From: a candidate division WOR-3 bacterium
GTDB lineage: Bacteria; Hydrothermota; Tepidihabitantia; B3-TA06
Direction of reading: 5' to 3'
Assembly (NCBI GenBank): GCA_965649265.1
Contig: CBFGKC010000004.1
Span: 122,590-186,589, forward strand
DNA length: 64,000 nt
Shown: piece after piece, positions 18,993 through 27,861 of the stretch
How positions within the stretch are numbered: position 1 is the stretch's first letter
Layout of the letters: every line of letters starts with the position of its first letter
The notes under the pieces: model-generated
Told to the model about the DNA's origin: nothing
The model's database searches: none
What the model saw: the letters and a program-made list of their open reading frames with translations, nothing else
Made by a program: the position numbers and the translations under genes

Positions 18993-19079
18993 AAAACATG
19001 AAAGCGGAAGCGTAGCTTGCGCCCATGCGGCATCGAGCCGCTAGTTTTCCCTTAAAGGCATGGAAATAAAAAACATGAA
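18973..19079 (+). repeat. Tandem duplication (77-nt period) of the methyltransferase 3' end
   Basis: CCTTAAAGGCATGGAAATAAAAAACATGAA is identical at 18973-19002 and 19050-19079. Confidence 0.85.
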
Positions 19080-19313
19080 TGCGTAAGCGAAGATGCACCC
19101 TAATGGTTTACTAAATGAGGCGGCTTTATCCTTTAACGGTCTCCTGATTTTGCTCAAGGAAGCTTCTTCATATCCTTTTTCAGGAACCATTCTTTCATGA
19201 CCTTAAGGCTTTTCTGGGGCGCGTTGAAGCACTTTGCCCTCGGCGCCGAAATTCAAGCAATCTAGGCCTTTGAGCATCTTGACATGCATTCTATCCATGC
19301 TATAGTCATCAAC

Positions 19314-19976
19314 ATGATCAAAAAGACATTTCAATTGCTGGCGTTATTTACGCTTTTTACCTTTGCCTGCGCGGGACACGCAGGCGGTTCTGGAGGGACA
19401 ATGCATGCAGCCGAAATACGCACCTACGAAGGTCAGAAGCTTTCCTCGATCAACGATTTTCGCGAGAACTCCATCCGAGGCCCGCTAAAGATAGACATCT
19501 CGAAGTACCGGCTCGAGATTTTGGGCCTTGTCGATACCTCGAAAACATACACTTACGATCAGGTTCTCGCTCATGGGCAGATCAAGAAGGTTATTACCAT
19601 TCACTGTGTGGAAGGCTGGAACGTGACCCTTCTGTGGCAGGGTGTGCCCGTGCGTGATCTTATCAACGAAGCACACGCGAAACCGGAAGCGAAAATCGTC
19701 ATCTTCTCTTCGCCCGACGGCTACTCGACGTCCTTCCCCCTCTCCTACATAATGGATAATGAGATACTCCTTGCTTACAAGATGAACGATGTCACTCTTC
19801 CTGCAGAACGCGGCTATCCCTTCGAGCTTGCCGCTGAGGGCAAGTGGGGCTACAAATGGATCAAGTGGGTCTCGAAGATAGAACTCTCTTCGGACACAGC
19901 CTACCGCGGCTTCTGGGAATCACGCGGCTACTCCAATTCAGGCGATCTCGACGAGTCCTTCTTTTCCAATCCTTAA
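19314..19976 (+). CDS. Molybdopterin-dependent oxidoreductase (sulfite oxidase / MsrP-YuiH-like)
   Basis: IHCVEGW (Mo-ligating Cys), W.GV, DGYSTS, ERGYP, GYKWIKW, GFWESRGY; N-terminal signal. Confidence 0.9.
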   Translation: MIKKTFQLLALFTLFTFACAGHAGGSGGTMHAAEIRTYEGQKLSSINDFRENSIRGPLKIDISKYRLEILGLVDTSKTYTYDQVLAHGQIKKVITIHCVEGWNVTLLWQGVPVRDLINEAHAKPEAKIVIFSSPDGYSTSFPLSYIMDNEILLAYKMNDVTLPAERGYPFELAAEGKWGYKWIKWVSKIELSSDTAYRGFWESRGYSNSGDLDESFFSNP

Positions 19977-20088
19977 TGTCCCGAAAAATGCCGGAATCCT
20001 TCAGGTTGTGCCCTTAGAAGTCGCCTTGCTTTTTTTATGGGCCACCGGCTTGAATTGACAACTCTTCGTCTTCCAGTATATTGAATAC

Positions 20089-20898
20089 ATGGACAAATAT
20101 GTCAAAGCCAACCAAGCGCACTGGGACGACATGGTGGATGCGCACGTGCGCTCCGAATTTTACGATGTTGAAGGATTCAAACGCGGCCGTTCGACGCTCG
20201 ATAAGATAACACTCGAAGGCGTCGGCGATGTCGGCGGTAAGTCACTCCTTCATCTCCAATGCCATTTCGGGCTCGATACGCTTTCCTTTGCCCGTCTTGG
20301 CGCTCGTGTTACAGGCGTGGACTTCTCGCTAAGGGCGATAGAACACGCTCGCATACTCGCAAGCGAACTCGACATACCGGCCACCTTCGTATGTTCCGAC
20401 GTGTACGACTTGGCAGACAATCTCTCCGGTCAGTACGATATTGTCTTTACTTCCAAGGGAGTGCTTTGCTGGCTGCCTGAACTGGAAGGTTGGGCCCGGG
20501 TCGCAAGCCACTTTCTCAAGCCCGGTGGGTTCTTCTTCATCCTTGAATCCCATCCCTTCTCACACATCTTCGACGACGAGAACCCTTCGGAACCCAAAAT
20601 GCGCTATCCCTATTTCCTCAAGGAGCCCATGCCGTTCGAGGGCGACTCCTCATACGCGGTTTCGCACTTCGACACCCGAAATCCTCGATCCTACGAGTGG
20701 ATGCATCCCGTAGCCGAAATCATTAACTCTCTCATATCGGCCGGTCTCACGATCGAGTACTTCAGGGAGTATCCTTTTATTTTCGATCGGCGCTTTGCGT
20801 TTCTCGAAAGGGGAGAGGACGGTGAGGAGGGTTTCTGGCGTTTGCCGGGAAAAAGGGTGGATTTTCCGCTGATGTTCTCGTTGAAGGCGACAAAATAA
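20089..20898 (+). CDS. Class I SAM-dependent methyltransferase
   Basis: LLHLQCHFGLDTLS; paralog of 18180; promoter at 20055-20082 with ATG 6 nt after the -10 box. Confidence 0.9.
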   Translation: MDKYVKANQAHWDDMVDAHVRSEFYDVEGFKRGRSTLDKITLEGVGDVGGKSLLHLQCHFGLDTLSFARLGARVTGVDFSLRAIEHARILASELDIPATFVCSDVYDLADNLSGQYDIVFTSKGVLCWLPELEGWARVASHFLKPGGFFFILESHPFSHIFDDENPSEPKMRYPYFLKEPMPFEGDSSYAVSHFDTRNPRSYEWMHPVAEIINSLISAGLTIEYFREYPFIFDRRFAFLERGEDGEEGFWRLPGKRVDFPLMFSLKATK

Positions 20899-21182
20899 GA
20901 AAAAATGTCCTTCATGCCGCATCAAGGAAAGTGAACGCCATTCCGAGGGTTTCTTGAAGTCAACAAGAAACTGTACTCCCTTCCTCCTCGCATTAAACAG
21001 GTTCTTCTGCTCATCCGGATTTCATTCCTGTTACTCATGGATGTCAGAGGATTGATTGTTATTGGCGGTATCAACTGCATTCCGTGAGCGATTGCTAGAA
21101 CGCTTCATTCGAGGCATATCCGTTTCTGAAGGCTGTGTTACATCCATGTTGACAATTGTCGGAATAAAAGTATCTTTGCACG

Positions 21183-21770
21183 ATGAGTACGGAAGACCAG
21201 GCTAACGGAAAGTCCTGCGCGTACGGCGTAGTGACTCTAATCGAGGGCGAGCCGCGTGAATGGATAGAAGGATTATGGCAGGAGCTTCTCGATAGATTCA
21301 ACCTCCAGCATCCTTACGAGAGTCCCATCGCGCACTTTTCCTATCACGTCGCTTCGGGCTACGATCTGGAGCGCGTGAAACCTCTTCTGGCACAGTTTGC
21401 CCAGTACAAGCAGGGCTTCAGGGTTCGTACTGAGGGTCTCGGCGTATTCACGAAAAAGGATCCCATCATCCACATACCGCTCGTTCGTAACCCCCAACTG
21501 ACCACTTTCCAGCGTTCGCTCTGGCAGGTAATTGACTCCTGGTCCGAAAATCCACTGACATACTATCATCCCGACAGCTGGATGCCGCATATCACTCTGG
21601 TGCACGGCAACCTACCAGCGGCCAGGCTACCGGAGATAGTCGGTTTTCTCGCGTCCAAGCAGTTCAACTGGGAGATAGAGGTTTCCAACATCTCGATAAT
21701 CTGTTCTTCGCGAACGAGAATCGATCCCGAACTGAGCTTCGGTCTCTCCACCGAAACCTTGACGGCCTGA
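21183..21770 (+). CDS. 2H phosphoesterase / 2'-5' RNA ligase family protein
   Basis: Two HxS/T motifs: AHFS and PHITL. Confidence 0.82.
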   Translation: MSTEDQANGKSCAYGVVTLIEGEPREWIEGLWQELLDRFNLQHPYESPIAHFSYHVASGYDLERVKPLLAQFAQYKQGFRVRTEGLGVFTKKDPIIHIPLVRNPQLTTFQRSLWQVIDSWSENPLTYYHPDSWMPHITLVHGNLPAARLPEIVGFLASKQFNWEIEVSNISIICSSRTRIDPELSFGLSTETLTA

Positions 21771-21818
21771 CGGCTCGAACTATCATAATACAACATAGAA
21801 AAACGTAAAGGAGCGGCG

Positions 21819-22802
21819 ATGATTGATTTGAAAACGAGTTACATGGGGCTTGAGCTTCGTAATCCCATCATCGTGGCGAGTTCGGGACTTACGGCAACCG
21901 TTGACGGTCTCGAAAGACTCGAGGATGCGGGCGCGGGGGCGGTGGTTCTCAAGAGCATATTCGAGGAGCAAATAGCGGTTGACGTCGATGACTTGACCCA
22001 GAATACCTGGCTGCCCGGTCACCCTGAGGCTTTCGATTACGTGCGCGAAATGGGATTCGCGCTGGGGCCGTCGAAATACGTCGATTTCATAACAGAGGCG
22101 AGAAGGTCCGTCAAAATACCTGTTATAGCTAGCCTCAATTGCATCTCCTCCTCCTGGTGGACCGACTACGCGAAGAAAATCCAGGATGCCGGCGCAGACG
22201 CTCTCGAGCTCAACATCTCCGTGATGCCTTCGGACTCGAGACGCACGAGCGCGGAGATAGAGAAGATATATTTCGATATCCTCGAATCTGTAAGATCGAA
22301 GATCAAGCTTCCCGTTGCCTTGAAGATAGGACCTTATTTCACTTCCATGTCGCGGTTCGCTGATGAGCTTGCTCGCAGAGGTGCGTCCGCTCTGGTGCTT
22401 TTCAACCGCTTTTACCAGTTCGACATCGATCCGGAAAAACTTGAGCTTTCGTCCGGCAACCCGCTGAGTTTGCCTTGTGAGTGCTCTATTTGCCTGCGCT
22501 GGGTGGCGCTTCTTGCCGGTCGGCTCGGGATAGATCTAGCCGCCTCGACGGGCGTGCACGAGACCGGGGACGTCATCAAACATCTTCTTGCCGGTGCGGC
22601 CGTCATCCAGCTTGCGTCCACGCTCTACAAGAACGGGGTCGAGAAAATATCCTCGATTCTTGCCGGTCTTGAAGAATGGATGACTGTGCACGGCTTCAAA
22701 TCCCTTGCCGATTTCAGGGGTCGTATGAGCCAGGTGCACTCCGAAAAGCCCGAACTTTACGAGCGCCTCCAGTATATCAAGGCACTCGTCGGAGTGGAAT
22801 AG
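21819..22802 (+). CDS. Dihydroorotate dehydrogenase-like flavoprotein
   Basis: LRNPIIVASS, GAVVLKS, ALELN, LFNRF..DID, TGVH, LLAGA. Confidence 0.9.
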   Translation: MIDLKTSYMGLELRNPIIVASSGLTATVDGLERLEDAGAGAVVLKSIFEEQIAVDVDDLTQNTWLPGHPEAFDYVREMGFALGPSKYVDFITEARRSVKIPVIASLNCISSSWWTDYAKKIQDAGADALELNISVMPSDSRRTSAEIEKIYFDILESVRSKIKLPVALKIGPYFTSMSRFADELARRGASALVLFNRFYQFDIDPEKLELSSGNPLSLPCECSICLRWVALLAGRLGIDLAASTGVHETGDVIKHLLAGAAVIQLASTLYKNGVEKISSILAGLEEWMTVHGFKSLADFRGRMSQVHSEKPELYERLQYIKALVGVE

Positions 22803-22939
22803 AAAAACCCATCTAACGCGCAGGGCGTTCTTGATGGGTTCCCGGGGGGTATTGACGTCAAGAAGTGTCCTCCTATTCCCAAAATATGTTGACATCACAC
22901 GCTTCATCGTTAATGTATTCAAAAAACAAAGGAGGAAGT

Positions 22940-23491
22940 TTGCTCAAGACAGCCCTTTTACTCGCCGCCGGTATCATTTTATCACCTGTGGTTCTGCCTG
23001 CGCAGGAGCCTTTCGAAGTAGTCGAACTTGACAGTGCGACCGTTGACAGCATGGCAGAATCGTGGTATGAGCAGGCCGAAACCGGACAGAAAACAATGGG
23101 TGAGCTCGATTTCTACCTCGTCGTCTCGCCCGACCAGCGGTGGATGGTTATGGGCAGACCGGTAGAGGGTCTGGATGTAGTGACTTACAAGCTTTACCTT
23201 ATATCCATTTACGACGCCAACCTGCGTCTCATCTCCGAGCAGGCGCTGGGTGTTACTTTCTCTCCTACTTCCGATTACTTGTTCGTCGTCCAGGGGCCTA
23301 ACCCGCTCCTTTATGATCTTGAAAGACACGCAGGCGTCGTCATCAAAAACATCTCTTCTGGTCTTGAAAACTATCCCTGCTGGGTATCGAACTGGTCGCG
23401 CGACGGAAAAGAACTCATCGTAAGACAGCAGCTGCGTTTTGACGATGCGGGTCAGCCGCGAGCCTGGAGATTAACAATCACAAATCAATAA
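22940..23491 (+). CDS. Secreted hypothetical protein with TolB-like (PD40-like) motifs
   Basis: GGAGG SD then TTG at 22940; signal peptide; VSPDQR, FSPTS and WSRDGK motifs. Confidence 0.65.
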   Translation: MLKTALLLAAGIILSPVVLPAQEPFEVVELDSATVDSMAESWYEQAETGQKTMGELDFYLVVSPDQRWMVMGRPVEGLDVVTYKLYLISIYDANLRLISEQALGVTFSPTSDYLFVVQGPNPLLYDLERHAGVVIKNISSGLENYPCWVSNWSRDGKELIVRQQLRFDDAGQPRAWRLTITNQ

Positions 23492-23494
23492 AAA

Positions 23495-23830
23495 ATGGAT
23501 CCAGACGAGCTTCTCGAGGTAACGGGCGCGACAGGGTGGCGCAAATGGCTGCAGCGAAACCATTCAAGGAAAAAGGAAATCTGGCTGGTTTTCTACAAAA
23601 AAAGTCAGGAAGAAAAAGCATCACCTACGAAGAAGCGATTAAGGAGGCCTTGTGCCTCGGATGGATCGACGGGTAGATAAAATCACTTGATAGTGAACGA
23701 TATTCCATAAGATTCACCGCCAGGAACAAGAGATCTAATTGGTCCACGTCCAATATCGAACGCACCCGGCGACTCCTAAAGGACAACCGGAAGACCAATT
23801 TCGGCTTGGCTATAATTCCAGAGGAAACCC
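23495..23830 (+). pseudogene. YdeI / OmpD-associated family pseudogene
   Basis: WRKWL.RNH...EIWLVFYKK, frameshift near the A7 run (23597-23603), then SITYEEAIKEALCLGWIDG, TAG at 23674-23676, then IKSLD...RFT.R..RSNWS..N. Confidence 0.8.
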
Positions 23831-23845
23831 AAAAAAAGATTCGAC

Positions 23846-23880
23846 AAAAAAACTGCCGGGCGGATACTCTCCGCCCGGTA
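23846..23880 (-). terminator. Rho-independent terminator ending the WxG array
   Basis: Minus strand TACCGGGCGGA-GAGTA-TCCGCCCGGCA-G-TTTTTTT. Confidence 0.85.
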
Positions 23881-23906
23881 TCTATATGTGCTGATTTATT
23901 AAGTGA

Positions 23907-24356
23907 TTATTCTTCGTCGACCGGCAGAAGCTGTTTGCCTTTCCAGAAGCCGTGGTGTATTGCGTCCGGATCGTTGAATGTCTTCCATTCGCCTTTGCCG
24001 ACGCCCGGATAAGACGATACCAGATCAAAGACGCCGAGCCAGTTGCCGATCTCGACGCCGAATTTATCGTAGATGATGCCGTTATCCGTCTTGTAGATGC
24101 CGCCTCCGTCAGTATTGAGTACCGCGTATAGCGTCCCGTAATCGGCATCGCTAATGTCGGATTGCCATTTGCCCTCGAAGTAAGGGACAGTGCCTGCGGG
24201 TCCATTGTCGAAGATGGTGCCTTTCCAGGTACCCTGGATAGCTATGCCTGAAGGGTCGCCCCAGTAGGTACCTTTCCAGTCAGTATTTTCTGCGGAAAGC
24301 GAGCTTGCTCCAAGAACAACGAGAAGCATCGTTAGTGTGAGGAGTGTCTTTTTCAT
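23907..24356 (-). CDS. Secreted WxG-repeat protein, array member 7
   Basis: Signal LGASSLSA; NTDWKGT, GTWKGTI, FEGKW, GTLYA, IGNWLG.F, GKGEW, GFWKG. Confidence 0.9.
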   Translation of the reverse strand: MKKTLLTLTMLLVVLGASSLSAENTDWKGTYWGDPSGIAIQGTWKGTIFDNGPAGTVPYFEGKWQSDISDADYGTLYAVLNTDGGGIYKTDNGIIYDKFGVEIGNWLGVFDLVSSYPGVGKGEWKTFNDPDAIHHGFWKGKQLLPVDEE

Positions 24357-24469
24357 CAATATCCTCCAGTGAGGTTTAATGTTTCTTAACCTCTCCTTGA
24401 AAACACGCTGTATCCTTCATTTGTCATCAATCGCATGACGGCAAGGGATTCCTTTCCGATAGTTCCGTC

Positions 24470-24874
24470 TCAGGGCACCTGCTCGCCTTTCCAGCTTCCG
24501 ATATAGGGTGCCCAGAGCCATGTCCAGTCACCTTTACCATAACCTGGATCGACCGAAACTGTGAAGGTACCGCCCCAGTTTCCGACTACGGAACCATCTT
24601 CGTCGTAGATAACGCCTTTGACTATCTTGTAGTTACCGAGTCCGTCTGACTTAAGGGATGCATTCATAGTTCCCCATTTCGCTTCATCCATCGATGTCCA
24701 TTTGCCTTCAAAGTGAGGGGCTGTCGGTCCGGTTGGGTCATCATATATGGTGCCCTCCCATGTGCCTTGATCCATGCAGAAGTATGTACCTGCCCAGTTC
24801 GTGTTGGCCGCCACAAGCGAACCTGCGCCCAGCATGAGCATGAGCGCTGCAACGGTAAGGAGTATTTTTTTCAT
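24470..24874 (-). CDS. Secreted WxG-repeat protein, array member 6
   Basis: Signal LGAGSLVAA; NTNWAGT, GTWEGTI, HFEGKW, VGNWGG.F, GKGDW, GSWKG. Confidence 0.9.
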   Translation of the reverse strand: MKKILLTVAALMLMLGAGSLVAANTNWAGTYFCMDQGTWEGTIYDDPTGPTAPHFEGKWTSMDEAKWGTMNASLKSDGLGNYKIVKGVIYDEDGSVVGNWGGTFTVSVDPGYGKGDWTWLWAPYIGSWKGEQVP

Positions 24875-24973
24875 CGTATCCTCCTAGGATATTTTTTTGA
24901 TTTTTCGCCCTACCAGGATACACGCTGATTTATTGTTCTGCTTTTATATAAAGCGAGCTAAAGCGTGGTTTTT

Positions 24974-25387
24974 TTATTCCTCGTCGTTCAAAGCTAACTG
25001 GCCTTCCCATTTACCCTTGAACGGGGCGTCTACCCATGTCCAGGTGCCTTCGCCGTGACCGGGCTTGACCATCAATGTAAAGGAGCCGTACCAGTAGCCG
25101 ACGATTAATCCTTTTTCATTATAGAGGGTTCCCTTTATTATCTCATAGTTGCCAAGTCCGTCGGCCTTAAGGGTCGCGTACATCGTTCCTTGCTTGTTTT
25201 CGTCTACTGATGCCCATTTGCCTGAAAAGTAAGGTTTAGGTCCGATGGGACTGTCGTATATAGTTCCTTTCCATATGCCTTGGTCAACGCAAGAGTACTT
25301 GCCTTTCCAGTTTGTGTTGGCTGCAGAGAGTGAGCTTGCGCCAAGAACGAGCGCGAGCGCTAATACGGTCAGCAGTAATTTTTTCAT
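24974..25387 (-). CDS. Secreted WxG-repeat protein, array member 5
   Basis: Start MKKLL at 25387; LGASSLSAANTNWKG, GIWKGTI, FSGKW, GEGTW, GKWEG. Confidence 0.9.
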   Translation of the reverse strand: MKKLLLTVLALALVLGASSLSAANTNWKGKYSCVDQGIWKGTIYDSPIGPKPYFSGKWASVDENKQGTMYATLKADGLGNYEIIKGTLYNEKGLIVGYWYGSFTLMVKPGHGEGTWTWVDAPFKGKWEGQLALNDEE

Positions 25388-25456
25388 TTCTTCTCCTACA
25401 CATGGTTTTGGTTTTTCCTCCTCCTTTAAACACCAATTATTATAGCTATCCGGCAA

Positions 25457-25873
25457 TCAGGGTGATTTTCCTGTCCATTTACCTGACGCAGAACCGTCGG
25501 CAAGCTGCCACGTGCCTTCTGCACGGCTGTCCGGAGTGCCGTCGTAATCCAAGTCGAAGTAACCTTCCCAGTAGCCTATGTTGGTTCCCTGGTCGTCATA
25601 GATTACACCATACGAAACCAAGTAGTATCCGGGTTGAGGAGTGCTGTACACCCCGAAAAGGGTTCCGTGTTCCGTAATGTCGGCGAAATACCAGTTGCCA
25701 GAAAAGTGAGGAACCTGGTCCTCATCAGGATTGTCGTGGATAGTTCCGTTCCAGATACCCGAAAGATCCCCATCGAAAGTTCCTTCCCAGTACGAATCAT
25801 CTGCGGCAAGCCTGTTTACGCCTAAGATACTCAAGACTATGACCAGCGTAAAAGTGAGGAAGGTTTTTTTCAC
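25457..25873 (-). CDS. Secreted WxG-repeat protein, array member 4
   Basis: GTG start with AAGGAGG SD; YWEGTF, GIWNGTI, HFSGNW, IGYWEGYF, AEGTW, GKWTG. Confidence 0.9.
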   Translation of the reverse strand: MKKTFLTFTLVIVLSILGVNRLAADDSYWEGTFDGDLSGIWNGTIHDNPDEDQVPHFSGNWYFADITEHGTLFGVYSTPQPGYYLVSYGVIYDDQGTNIGYWEGYFDLDYDGTPDSRAEGTWQLADGSASGKWTGKSP

Positions 25874-25990
25874 TGTTTCCTCCTTATTTTTTTTATTTTT
25901 TCGCCCTGCCAGGATACACGCTGATTTGGAACCCGGCCGCTCGTGGATTCAACGGCCGGGTCATTCATGGATTTGATTTGTTTTCTTACA

Positions 25991-26398
25991 TCAGGGCAGG
26001 ATTCGCTGGCCGTACCATTCTCCCGTATGGTCAATTTCGAGCTCTGCCCATTTGCCTTCGGCCCGACCGGGCTTGTAGTTCACATCGAAGTATCCCTCCC
26101 ACGATGCCACTACGTTACCCTTGTGATCGTAGGCGACTCCTTTGATTATTTTGTAGATGCCGTGTCCTTCATATGTTAAGTCAGCCAAGAGTTTACCGTA
26201 TTCCGAGTCGTCGCCTAATGACCATTTACCTTCAAAGTGGGGGGCCGCCGGGCCAAGCGGGTCATCGTATAGTGTGCCGGCCCATATACCCTCATGGTCG
26301 CCCCAGAACTTGCCTTCCCAATCCGTATTCGCCGCAACAAGAGAGCTTGCGCCAAGGGCAACGAGGAGCGTTGCAAAGATGAATAACTTTTTTTTCAT
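25991..26398 (-). CDS. Secreted WxG-repeat protein, array member 3
   Basis: LGASSLVAANTDWEG, GIWAGTL, HFEGKW, WEGYF, AEGKW, GEWYG. Confidence 0.9.
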   Translation of the reverse strand: MKKKLFIFATLLVALGASSLVAANTDWEGKFWGDHEGIWAGTLYDDPLGPAAPHFEGKWSLGDDSEYGKLLADLTYEGHGIYKIIKGVAYDHKGNVVASWEGYFDVNYKPGRAEGKWAELEIDHTGEWYGQRILP

Positions 26399-26518
26399 CG
26401 TATCCTCCATACTTGTTTTGTTTATTGTCGCCCTGCCTCATACACGCTGGTTTTGAGGCCGGCCATTTCCGAATGGCTACGGCCGGGTTAGATTCGGATT
26501 AACCTTCTGAAGTTAATA

Positions 26519-26917
26519 TCAAGGCAGTATTCGGTTGCCTTGCCATTTGCCGCATCTATCGACGTCAACCAACGTCCAGCTACCTTCGGCATAGCCTGGT
26601 TTTATGTTCTGATCAAAGTAGCCGTCCCAGACGCCAATTTTGTTGCCATCCGAGTCGTAGATGGTTCCTGTTACGATCTTGAAGATGCCGTGACCGGCGT
26701 ATTCCAGAACCGCATATAGTGTTCCTTCTTCTCCAGTCTCTTCACAAGTCCAACCGCCTTTGAAGATGGGTGGATCCTGTTCGTTGTCGTACAGTGTGCC
26801 TTTCCAGGTACCCGCATTGTCGCCCCAGAATTTTCCATGCCAGTCGGTAGCTGCAGAAAGGGCACTTGCTCCGAGAAGGATTGAGAGTGCAGTCAAAATG
26901 AGAAATGTTTTTTTCAT
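26519..26917 (-). CDS. Secreted WxG-repeat protein, array member 2
   Basis: LGASALSAATDWHG, GTWKGTL, FKGGW, IGVWDGYF, AEGSW, GKWQG. Confidence 0.9.
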   Translation of the reverse strand: MKKTFLILTALSILLGASALSAATDWHGKFWGDNAGTWKGTLYDNEQDPPIFKGGWTCEETGEEGTLYAVLEYAGHGIFKIVTGTIYDSDGNKIGVWDGYFDQNIKPGYAEGSWTLVDVDRCGKWQGNRILP

Positions 26918-26971
26918 GTCTCCTCCTTGTTTTTTCAATTTGTCGCCGCTCCCAGAATACACATGGAAGGA

Positions 26972-27001
26972 CGGGCGTCATCAAAGCTTTGATGACGCCC
27001 G
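26972..27001. repeat. Perfect 30-bp palindrome between array members 1 and 2
   Basis: CGGGCGTCATCAAAG/CTTTGATGACGCCCG. Confidence 0.85.
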
Positions 27002-27129
27002 CCCAGAATAGGTTTAGTAGCCGCTTAAGCCCATTACGCTTTCAAATACAATCTTACTCGTCTTCAAAATGGCAAAGCGACTTCTCAATTTGTTCTTATT
27101 GTCTTTGTTCATGCTCCGGAATGGGCTTT

Positions 27130-27510
27130 TTAAATGCTCCATCCAGACCATTTGCCTGTTTCGCCCGTTTCGAGCGTCCAGGTGCCTTTAGCTAATTCAT
27201 CGTTAACGGCAGGGAAAGTTCCCTCCCATTTGCCGATGACGTTGTATTCTTTGTCAAGGATAGGCCCGGTGACTACATAGTAGTTACCTACGAGTTCGAT
27301 GGTCTCGCCTCTCATATAGCCGTGGGGAGGGGGATCAGTAGGCGATGAGACTTCCCAGGTTCCCCAGAACGGCGGATCGACGTAAGGGGAAAGAGTCCCG
27401 GCCCATGTGCCACTGATGTCCCCGTCGAACGTTCCGGACCAGTTTGAAGCTACAAGACCGCTTGCTCCGATTGTTAGAAGGGCTGCAATAATGAGGGCTT
27501 TTTTAAGCAT
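27130..27510 (-). CDS. Secreted WxG-repeat protein, array member 1
   Basis: IGASGLVASNWSGTF, GTWAGTL, FWGTW, IGKWEGTF, AKGTW, GKWSG. Confidence 0.9.
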   Translation of the reverse strand: MLKKALIIAALLTIGASGLVASNWSGTFDGDISGTWAGTLSPYVDPPFWGTWEVSSPTDPPPHGYMRGETIELVGNYYVVTGPILDKEYNVIGKWEGTFPAVNDELAKGTWTLETGETGKWSGWSI

Positions 27511-27562
27511 AAAAACCTCCGATGCGGTTTAGTTTTTAAGCCCACCCTTTATCCTGCGGGGA

Positions 27563-27590
27563 ATTATAGACCAAACATTGGTTTTGTCAA
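27563..27590 (-). promoter_or_regulatory. Consensus sigma70 promoter of the WxG array
   Basis: Minus strand TTGACA-N16-TATAAT. Confidence 0.82.
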
Positions 27591-27861
27591 CTGTTGTAAA
27601 AAGTTAATCAAATATGATAGTTGCTTTAGTTTTTATATCAAAAAAAGCCTTCAAGGATAATTTATTGTTAAATATATTTAGAATGGAAATTTTGAACAAA
27701 TGTCACTCGTCGCGGTGTGGGATTCGGTAAGAATAGAATTCAACGGAGACTTCCTGCAAATACTTTTCGACCTGTTGATCTGATTCAGAATATCCAGGGT
27801 ATCTTCGTGCGGAATGGGAATTAATCGTTGACAGGCCATGCTTCGAGTATAATATAAAAAC

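Noticed and set aside
23674-23676. Recoded TAG (pyrrolysine or readthrough) in the YdeI-like gene
   Set aside because: The gene also has a frameshift, TAG serves as a normal stop elsewhere in the window, and a CAG-to-TAG change is simpler.
24905-26968. Conserved element as a known ribozyme (pistol, HDV, hammerhead) or riboswitch
   Set aside because: Only fragments (AGCGU, GCGAA) resemble these cores; the required pseudoknots and stems are not consistently formable. An Infernal search would be needed.
23907-27510. WxG array as an integron cassette array
   Set aside because: One spacer has an ATCTAAC resembling R'', but no matching GTTRRRY or L boxes recur and no integrase is present; the genes are paralogs in one operon.
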